Source of the DNA: Candidatus Poriferihabitaceae bacterium
Lineage (GTDB): Bacteria > Pseudomonadota > Gammaproteobacteria > Arenicellales > Poriferihabitantaceae
Direction: 5' to 3'
Assembly: GCA_965221795.1 (NCBI GenBank)
Contig: OZ244914.1
Span: forward strand, 3,130,030-3,194,029
DNA: 64,000 nt
Notes under the pieces: model-generated
Seen by the model: only the letters and a program-made list of their open reading frames with translations
What the model was told of the DNA's origin: nothing
Database searches by the model: none
Position numbers and translations under genes: made by a program
Part shown: positions 56,787 through 64,000 of the stretch, one piece after another
Layout of the letters: every line of letters starts with the position of its first letter
Numbering within the stretch: the first letter of the stretch is position 1

Positions 56787-57329
56787 GTCCAATAAAATCT
56801 CTGAAACTGCGTTGGTAGCACCGTAGACTCCGCTAAAGGGTCGGGGACGAACCTCGCTGCCCCCACAGTTTGTACAAGAGTTCGAAAGAGAGCGGGATGC
56901 ACTGGCTCGGACTCTACCCAAAAAAATAAAAGGGTTCTCGCCTGGTTTCCGTGATTTCGACTCGATGGTCCGCGATCACACTCGCTGTGCCGGAGGTTGT
57001 TGCCAGCGGGGCCGGTCTCCCCCTATCCACTCCCCTGAATGGTCTCGAACTGACAGCATGACTGTCCACGATCGGCGTGGATCCGTGAGGAAGATCATTC
57101 CTTTGCAGCGTAGGTGCTGCCGCCTATATGCCCCAATTATGCCGCTTTTTTGGTGCTTGTTTGGCTTATATCGCTAGCGTCCTTCCCAACCTCGCAGATT
57201 TTCCAATTGAATCCGCCAAAAAGGATAAGTCGGATCAAATAACGATACTGGAGATTTCGCGCCAGCGGAGATAGTGTGCAATCACGCGGTCGGGATCCGA
57301 ATACCTAGCCCAAGTTTAACAACCGTCAA

Positions 57330-58284
57330 GCTGCGGGAGGTGAATTTCCGGTTCGGATCGGGCGGCCGCACGGGAAGCCGCTCTGTCCGCGGGTCGGGTA
57401 GTTCATGGGCGCGCAGGAATCCCGGTTCTCCGGCCCCTTGGATTCCGATGTCGAGGCCGAGGCGCAGCGCCTTGCCCGGATCCTGCTGGGACGGCAGGGC
57501 GAGTCGGAGTGCTGCCAGCGCTTCGAGGCAGGACTGGCTCACATCAACGCCCAGTTGGCGAAGCCCCGGGCCGCCCGCAAGCTCGCGGTCATCGAACGCC
57601 TACAGAAGACCAATGCCCGCGTCGTCCGCCACTTCCGGGGCGAAGTCGAGGTCGATCCGGACGGTGCCCGGGCCACCAGCGTCTGCTAGCACTACGAGCC
57701 GGTCGAGGGCAGCCTGGCCACGCATCACGGCGGGTACTGCCTGCGCAGCAACATCCCCGACTGGGACGCCGAGCGGAAGGTGGTGGACCGACCTGACCTG
57801 GACCGAGGTCAAGGCGGTTTTCCGCTGCCTCCAGTCGGCGTGGGGACTGCGCCCCGCCTGCCACCAGCAAGTCGAGCGCCACTGGTTCCTCTCAGTGCTG
57901 GCCTACCAGGCGGTCTGCGTGCTGCGCACCAGGCTCAAGGCCGGTGGCTGCCATGATCGCTGGCAGACCGTTCGCGATACGCTGGGCACCCTGATTCGCA
58001 CCACTACCTCCGAATGCGACGACCGGCGCACCCTGCACCAGCGCAAGACCGCCGCTCCAGACACCGACATGGCCGCGCTCTACGATGCCATGAGCATCTC
58101 GACCCCGGCAGCATCAGGAACCGCGTGTGGTTGCCGATCAGGTGGAGCCGACGGCACGGCACAGAGCGGTGCCAGCCCAGTCAGCGGTCACGCGGGCGGC
58201 ATTGGAACGCCCCCGACTGCCAGTCCAACAGCGTCAGCCAATGACCCCGCCAAACTGATGATGGGACAAAATTCTCTGTCATGA
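57330..58284 (+). pseudogene. IS1634-family transposase fragment (C-terminal third), frameshifted
   Basis: GGYCLRSNIPDWDAE in one frame. WTEVKAVFRCLQSAWGLRPACHQQVERHWFLSVLAYQAV in another (IS1634 DGxYxLRTN / VExAFRxLKSxLxLRPIxH pattern). Confidence 0.55.
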
Positions 58285-58434
58285 CCAGCATAATAGACTA
58301 TTGCGGCTAAAAAAGCCAACCCCATCACACGCAGTCGACCATTCAACCGTTCCTGGCTAGCGTGAAATAGTCCTGCGGTGACGATATGAGCGTCTGTTAT
58401 TATGTCAATCTTTGGGATATAGTGATGACATCGG

Positions 58435-60585
58435 ATGCGTAGATGCCCCAAACAAGTGACCGTACAGAACCATCGGGAAGATTGGCATCAGATTGCCTCA
58501 CGGGAACTCCAAGGCGGTGATCCCGCGCAGCTCGATTGGCTTACCCCGGAAGGTATTCAGGTAAAACCGGTCTATACCGCTGCGGACCTGGAAGGTCTGG
58601 AAACCCTGAACAATCTGCCCGGATTGCCACCCTATACCCGAGGTCCACGGGCCACCATGTATGCTGGCAGGCCTTGGACGATTCGCCAATACGCCGGATT
58701 TTCTACAGCGGAGGAATCGAATGCCTTCTATCGCAAGAATCTGGCTGCTGGCCAGGCGGGGCTGTCGGTTGCATTTGATCTGGCAACCCATCGGGGGTAC
58801 GATTCAGATCACCCGCGCGTCAAAGGAGATGTCGGCAAGGCCGGCGTTGCGATTGATTCTGTAGAGGACATGAAGGTTCTGTTCGACCAGATCCCTCTGG
58901 ATCGAATATCGGTTTCGATGACCATGAACGGTGCGGTCTTGCCCGTGATGGCCATGTACATTGTGGCAGCTGAAGAGCAGGGAGTTGCTCCCAAGGATCT
59001 GACTGGTACTTTGCAGAACGATATCCTGAAGGAATTTATGGTACGGAACACCTACATCTATCCGCCGCAACCATCCATGCGGATTGTTTCCGATATCATT
59101 GCCTTTGCGGCTGCGGAAATGCCCCGGTTCAACCCGATTTCGATCTCAGGCTATCACATGCAGGAGGCAGGTGCGACTTGTGTTCAGGAACTGGCCTATA
59201 CCTTGGCCGATGGGCTCGAATATGTTCAGTCGGCTATTGATGCGGGTCTGTCGATTGATCAGTTTGCTCCACGGCTGTCTTTCTTTTTTGGAATCGGGAT
59301 GAATTTTTTCATGGAAGTGGCCAAGCTGCGGGCGGCCCGTACACTATGGGCCGAATTGATCCAGTCCCGTTTTACCCCCCAAGATCAGCGTTCTCTCATG
59401 CTGAGAACGCACTGCCAGACCTCTGGGGTCAGCCTGACCAGCCTGGATCCCTATAACAACGTGGTCCGCACTACCATTGAAGCCATGGCCGCAATCCTCG
59501 GAGGGACTCAATCGCTGCACACCAATGCATTTGACGAGGCGATGGCGCTGCCTACCGAAAATTCCGCCCGCATTGCCCGCAATACCCAGTTGATTTTGCA
59601 ACACGAAGCGGAATTGACCCGGGTTGTCGACCCGATGGCTGGTTCCTACTATCTGGAAAGTCTGACCGCCAGTCTGGTTGCAGAAGCTCGCAAGCTGATC
59701 CATGAGGTGGATGAACTGGGCGGGATGACCCGTGCGGTGGAAGCCGGGCTGCCCAAACTCCGGATTGAAGAGGCAGCGGCAAGGCGCCAGGCACGCATTG
59801 ACCGGGGAGTGGAAGTCATTGTCGGCGTGAATCGTTTTGTGCGCGATGAGGAAGAAAATGTAGAGATTCTGGTGGTGGACAATCATGCAGTATTGAACAA
59901 TCAGGTGGCACGACTGGAAGCGGTACGTACCCATCGGGACGAAGATGCTTGCCAGCATGCCTTGTCTGGCCTGGCGCAGGCTATCGAAAACGGCAATCTG
60001 CTATCGGCTGCCGTGGAAGCAGCGCGGGCTCGTGCTACAGTTGGTGAAATTTCTACTATGCTGGAGAAGAAATATGGCCGTCATCGGGCCGAAATCCGGT
60101 CAGTGACTGGCGTATACAGTTCCCTGTTTGAGGGAGATGAGGAGTTTGCATGTCTCAAGGCTCGTATCGAACGCTTTGCAGAGCGAGAAGGCCGTCGTCC
60201 TCGAATGCTGGTGGTGAAATTGGGACAAGATGGTCATGATCGGGGAGCCAAGGTGATTGCCACATCGTTTGCCGATATGGGGTTTGATGTGGATCTCGGC
60301 CCGCTGTTCCAGACCCCCGAAGAAGCAGCCCGCCAGGCGATCGAGAACGATGTGCACCTGATTGGAGTCTCCTCCCAAGCAGCGGGCCATCGGACCTTGG
60401 TGCCCGCGGTATTGCAAGCCTTGAAAGAGCAGGGGGCGGACGAAATCCGGGTGATCTGCGGTGGTGTGATTCCAGCGGCGGACTATGATATGTTGATGCA
60501 AGCCGGAGTGGTGGCCATATTCGGGCCAGGAACCCATATTCCGGGTGCCGCCGGAAAAATTATCGATATACTGGAAGCGTCCTGA
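58435..60585 (+). CDS. scpA: methylmalonyl-CoA mutase (single-chain, Sbm/ScpA-type)
   Basis: [64 protein letters not shown] aligns with E. coli Sbm. C-terminal B12-binding DGHDRGAKV. Possible GTG start at 58456. Confidence 0.92.
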   Translation: MRRCPKQVTVQNHREDWHQIASRELQGGDPAQLDWLTPEGIQVKPVYTAADLEGLETLNNLPGLPPYTRGPRATMYAGRPWTIRQYAGFSTAEESNAFYRKNLAAGQAGLSVAFDLATHRGYDSDHPRVKGDVGKAGVAIDSVEDMKVLFDQIPLDRISVSMTMNGAVLPVMAMYIVAAEEQGVAPKDLTGTLQNDILKEFMVRNTYIYPPQPSMRIVSDIIAFAAAEMPRFNPISISGYHMQEAGATCVQELAYTLADGLEYVQSAIDAGLSIDQFAPRLSFFFGIGMNFFMEVAKLRAARTLWAELIQSRFTPQDQRSLMLRTHCQTSGVSLTSLDPYNNVVRTTIEAMAAILGGTQSLHTNAFDEAMALPTENSARIARNTQLILQHEAELTRVVDPMAGSYYLESLTASLVAEARKLIHEVDELGGMTRAVEAGLPKLRIEEAAARRQARIDRGVEVIVGVNRFVRDEEENVEILVVDNHAVLNNQVARLEAVRTHRDEDACQHALSGLAQAIENGNLLSAAVEAARARATVGEISTMLEKKYGRHRAEIRSVTGVYSSLFEGDEEFACLKARIERFAEREGRRPRMLVVKLGQDGHDRGAKVIATSFADMGFDVDLGPLFQTPEEAARQAIENDVHLIGVSSQAAGHRTLVPAVLQALKEQGADEIRVICGGVIPAADYDMLMQAGVVAIFGPGTHIPGAAGKIIDILEAS

Positions 60586-60635
60586 ATTCTGGCTGGTTCC
60601 GGTAGCCCAATAGGACTGTTCAATACCGTTTGTCG

Positions 60636-62168
60636 ATGCAAGAAATCATTCACCAACTGGAACAGAAACGCGCCGAGGCAAAGCTGGGGGGAGGGCAAGA
60701 CCGGATCCGGGCGCAACATGACCGGGGGAAGCTGACGGCTCGGGAACGCCTGGACATATTACTGGATGAAGGTAGCTTTGAGGAATGGGATATCTTCGTG
60801 GAGCATCGTTGTACGGACTTTGGGATGCAGGACAAAACGATCCCGGGCGATGGGGTGGTGATCGGTTATGGCACCATCAACGGCCGGCTGGTCTTTGTCT
60901 ACAGCCAGGATTTCACTGTGTTTGGGGGCTCGCTGTCCGAAGCCCATGCGGAAAAAATTTGCAAGGTGATGGATCAGGCGATGAAGGTCGGTGCGCCAAT
61001 CGTGGGGATTTCCGATTCGGGAGGAGCCAGGATTCAGGAAGGAGTGGCGTCGCTCGGGGGCTATGCGGAGGTGTTCCAGCGTAATGTCCTCTCGTCAGGA
61101 GTGGTTCCGCAAGTATCTCTCATTATGGGTCCTTGTGCCGGCGGTGCTGTCTATTCTCCGGCCATGACCGATTTCATATTGATGGTGGAAGACAGTTCCT
61201 ACATGTTTGTGACCGGGCCGGACGTGGTGAAGACCGTCACCCATGAAAATGTGACAGCGGAGGATCTAGGTGGAGCAATGACCCATACTTCCCGTTCCGG
61301 GGTGGCCGACCTGGCCGTTGAAAATGATGTCGATGCGCTGCTGATGACCCGGGACCTGATGGGGTTTCTTCCCTCTCACAACCGGGAAAAACCGCCCAGA
61401 CGCCTTCCCCAGGACCCGCCGGATCGGATGGTGCATTCCCTTGATACCCTGGTTCCCGACCACCCGAACCAGCCTTATGAGATGAAAGAACTGATCATCA
61501 AAATAGTGGACGAAGGGGATTTCTTCGAACTGAAGCCGGAGTATGCCAAAAACATCATCACTGGATTTGCCCGTATGAATGGCTGCCCGGTAGGGATTGT
61601 GGCTAACCAACCCATGGTATTGGCCGGTTGTCTGGATATCAATGCGTCGGTCAAGGCCGGTCGGTTTGTCCGTTTCTGCGATGCGTTCAACATCCCGATC
61701 ATTACTCTGGTCGATGTGCCCGGATTCTTGCCCGGTACCGCACAGGAATACGGGGGCATTATCCGCCATGGTGCCAAGCTGCTGTATGCCTATGCAGAGT
61801 GCACGGTTCCGAAAATTACCGTGATTACCCGCAAGGCCTATGGCGGTGCCTATGATGTGATGGCCTCCAAGCATTTGCGCGGGGATGTCAACTTGGCTTG
61901 GCCCAGCGCCGAAATTGCGGTGATGGGTCCCAAGGGAGCAGTAGAAATCATCTTCCGTGAAGAAGCCGGGGATCCAGAAAAATTGGCCCGGCGCACAGAG
62001 CAGTACCGGTTGAAATTTGCCAATCCTTTTGTGGCAGGCCATCGTGGCTACATTGATGACGTGATTTTTCCCCGTGATACCCGCAAGAGGGTTTGCCGAT
62101 CTCTGGCCATGCTGGACGGTAAGGATCTTCGGAACCCGTGGAAGAAACACGGCAATATTCCCCTTTGA
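60636..62168 (+). CDS. pccB: propionyl-CoA carboxylase beta subunit / methylmalonyl-CoA carboxyltransferase
   Basis: Carboxyltransferase motifs [32 protein letters not shown], and [15 protein letters not shown]...RKAYGGAY. Confidence 0.9.
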   Translation: MQEIIHQLEQKRAEAKLGGGQDRIRAQHDRGKLTARERLDILLDEGSFEEWDIFVEHRCTDFGMQDKTIPGDGVVIGYGTINGRLVFVYSQDFTVFGGSLSEAHAEKICKVMDQAMKVGAPIVGISDSGGARIQEGVASLGGYAEVFQRNVLSSGVVPQVSLIMGPCAGGAVYSPAMTDFILMVEDSSYMFVTGPDVVKTVTHENVTAEDLGGAMTHTSRSGVADLAVENDVDALLMTRDLMGFLPSHNREKPPRRLPQDPPDRMVHSLDTLVPDHPNQPYEMKELIIKIVDEGDFFELKPEYAKNIITGFARMNGCPVGIVANQPMVLAGCLDINASVKAGRFVRFCDAFNIPIITLVDVPGFLPGTAQEYGGIIRHGAKLLYAYAECTVPKITVITRKAYGGAYDVMASKHLRGDVNLAWPSAEIAVMGPKGAVEIIFREEAGDPEKLARRTEQYRLKFANPFVAGHRGYIDDVIFPRDTRKRVCRSLAMLDGKDLRNPWKKHGNIPL

Positions 62169-62181
62169 TCCGGCACCGGAA

Positions 62182-64000
62182 ATGTTCAAGAAAATCCTGA
62201 TCGCGAATCGGGGAGAGATTGCCTGTCGGGTGATTCGGACTGCGCACAGGATGGGCATTGCTACGGTTGCCGTCTACTCGGATGCAGACCGCCATGCACG
62301 TCATGTGGAGGAAGCGGGAGAAGCCGTACACATCGGCGCTGCACCTGCGACGGAAAGCTATCTGGCTGCGGAACGGATTGTCCAGGCCTGTCGCGATACT
62401 GGTGCCGAGGCCGTCCATCCCGGCTATGGCTTCCTGTCCGAAAATGCCGGATTCGTGACCATGGTCGAAGCCGCAGACGTGGTCTTCATCGGTCCCGGTG
62501 TGCATGCGATCCAGTCCATGGGGGACAAAATTACCTCCAAGCGGATTGCGGAACAGGCTGGTGTCCATACCATCCCGGGTCATAATGAGGTGATCCAAAG
62601 TGCCGATGAAGCGGCCAGCATCGCCGCAGACATCGGTTATCCGGTCATGCTTAAAGCCAGTGCCGGAGGTGGGGGCAAAGGCATGCGGGTCGCGCAAGAT
62701 GAAGCGGAATGCCGGGATGGGTTCGAACGTGCCACCAGTGAGGCGATCTCGAGTTTCGGGGATGGCCGGATCTTCATCGAGAAATTCATTGCGGAACCCC
62801 GGCATATCGAAATTCAGCTGATTGCCGATGCTCATGGGAATGTCGTGACCCTGAATGAGCGGGAATGTTCGATCCAGCGCCGTCATCAGAAAGTGGTGGA
62901 AGAAGCCCCTTCCCCCTATATTGATCCGGATACCCGTCACGCCATGAGTGAACAGGCGAAGGCGCTGGCTCGGGCGGTACAGTACCGCTCCGCAGGTACG
63001 GTGGAATTGGTTGTAGATGCCCAGCGGAATTTCTATTTCCTGGAAATGAATACCCGCTTGCAGGTGGAACATCCAGTGAGTGAACTGATCACCGGATATG
63101 ACCTGGTAGAGCTGATGATTCGAGTGGCAGCCGGGGAATCGTTACCCATTGCCCAGACGGATGTGACGATCAACGGCTGGTCCATTGAGTCCAGGATCTA
63201 TGCCGAAAATCCTTTCCGCGATTTCCTGCCATCCACAGGCCGACTGGTACAGTATCGGCCGCCGGAGGAAAACCAGCATGTGCGGGTCGACACGGGGGTC
63301 CGAGAAGGATCGGAGATTTCCATGTTCTATGATCCCATGATCGCAAAATTGATTACCTGGGCACCGACTCGGGCAGGGGCGGTTGATCGCATGCAGGAGG
63401 CACTGGATCGCTATTACATCCGTGGCGTGGAAACCAATCTCCCTTTTGTCCGGGCCATCATGGGTCACTCTCGCTTTCGGCAGGGCCACCTGACGACCCA
63501 TTTCATTGCGGAGGAATATCCGGATGGATTCCGGGCGGAATGCGTGAATATCGACCCGGAAATCCCCGCGGCGGTGATGGCTTCGGTGCATTTCCGCCTG
63601 ATGCGGCGTGCTATGATTGTGCCTTCGTCCGTGTCGGGCACCGCACATCATCCCGGCCATGGTTGGGTTGTTTTCATTCGGGAGAAGGCATACCGGATGC
63701 AGGTATCCAGGGAGCAAGGAACCTGGCGTATGGAGACTGGTGATCGTACGTTTCAATTGGAAGATGACTGGCGGTTGATGGACCCGATCTATACCGGAAC
63801 GCTGAATGGTGAGCCGATCAGTATGCAAATCGAGCGTTCCGGAAAATCCATGGTATATGATGTGGTTTATGCTGGATTGCCAATGAAAGTACGGATTCTC
63901 AGCGAGTCCAGTGCCACCCATTTTGCCAAGATGCCGTCCAAGAGCCCCCTGGATCTGTCGGGATATCTGCTCTCGCCGATGCCAGGGCTGTTGATATCGG
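62182..64000 (+). CDS. pccA: acetyl/propionyl-CoA carboxylase alpha subunit (biotin carboxylase + BCCP), 3' end beyond the window
   Basis: Own translation from the ATG at 62182: MFKKILIANRGEIACRVIRTAHRMGIATVAVYSDADRHARHV... It is open to the window end, so it is absent from the ORF track. The track lists only antisense shadow ORFs here. Confidence 0.88.
   Translation, partial: MFKKILIANRGEIACRVIRTAHRMGIATVAVYSDADRHARHVEEAGEAVHIGAAPATESYLAAERIVQACRDTGAEAVHPGYGFLSENAGFVTMVEAADVVFIGPGVHAIQSMGDKITSKRIAEQAGVHTIPGHNEVIQSADEAASIAADIGYPVMLKASAGGGGKGMRVAQDEAECRDGFERATSEAISSFGDGRIFIEKFIAEPRHIEIQLIADAHGNVVTLNERECSIQRRHQKVVEEAPSPYIDPDTRHAMSEQAKALARAVQYRSAGTVELVVDAQRNFYFLEMNTRLQVEHPVSELITGYDLVELMIRVAAGESLPIAQTDVTINGWSIESRIYAENPFRDFLPSTGRLVQYRPPEENQHVRVDTGVREGSEISMFYDPMIAKLITWAPTRAGAVDRMQEALDRYYIRGVETNLPFVRAIMGHSRFRQGHLTTHFIAEEYPDGFRAECVNIDPEIPAAVMASVHFRLMRRAMIVPSSVSGTAHHPGHGWVVFIREKAYRMQVSREQGTWRMETGDRTFQLEDDWRLMDPIYTGTLNGEPISMQIERSGKSMVYDVVYAGLPMKVRILSESSATHFAKMPSKSPLDLSGYLLSPMPGLLIS

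Noticed and set aside
58188-58451. 87-aa minus-strand ORF upstream of the mutase gene.
   Set aside because: It spans the boundary of the IS1634 relic and the mutase start, and has no motif or RBS.
61266-63921. ORFs of 259-374 aa on the minus strand across pccB/pccA.
   Set aside because: They are antisense to strongly supported carboxylase genes and have odd composition with no motifs.

Overview
All family calls below come from reading the translated ORFs and recalling motifs; no BLAST or HMM search was run.

The window looks like a chromosomal segment of a mid-GC proteobacterium. The yajC-secD-secF-nrdR-ribD-ribE-ribBA-ribH-nusB-pgpA block has gammaproteobacteria-like synteny. Housekeeping genes include a tRNA-Arg, gshA, dusA, ppk1, ampD, a tRNA-Phe, the sec and rib genes, icd, and methylmalonyl-CoA mutase with propionyl-CoA carboxylase.

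Two kinds of accessory DNA interrupt these genes.

1. A visibly AT-richer island at about 6.7-21.6 kb. It is bounded by a transposase relic on the left and an IS5/IS427-type element on the right. It carries:
- a complete amide uptake and catabolism operon: substrate-binding protein, permease, fused permease-ATPase, ATPase, amidase-signature amidase, and AmiC-like and AmiR/ANTAR-like regulators;
- a defence-like cluster: a zeta-toxin-like P-loop kinase, an orphan 671-aa protein with a PD-(D/E)xK (Mrr/NERD-like) motif, and a translationally coupled TIR-like + 2-TM gene pair whose TIR gene carries an in-frame TAA.

2. Five visibly GC-rich patches, at 1-1.1 kb, 19.99-20.85 kb, 34.3-35.9 kb, 37.0-39.7 kb and 55.2-58.3 kb. 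They consist almost entirely of decayed IS elements (IS5, IS427-group, IS1634, IS30, ISAs1 plus a DUF4338-like piece). Also in or next to these patches:
- relics of a type I R-M locus;
- a parDE pair with a frameshifted toxin;
- a GC-rich secreted Cys-rich protein gene interrupted by a 14-nt homopolymeric G/C tract, a candidate phase-variable locus.

The most promising candidates for an undescribed system are the TIR-like/2-TM pair, the neighbouring nuclease-like orphan and zeta-like kinase at 15.5-19.4 kb, and the poly-G contingency gene at 37.2-38.1 kb.
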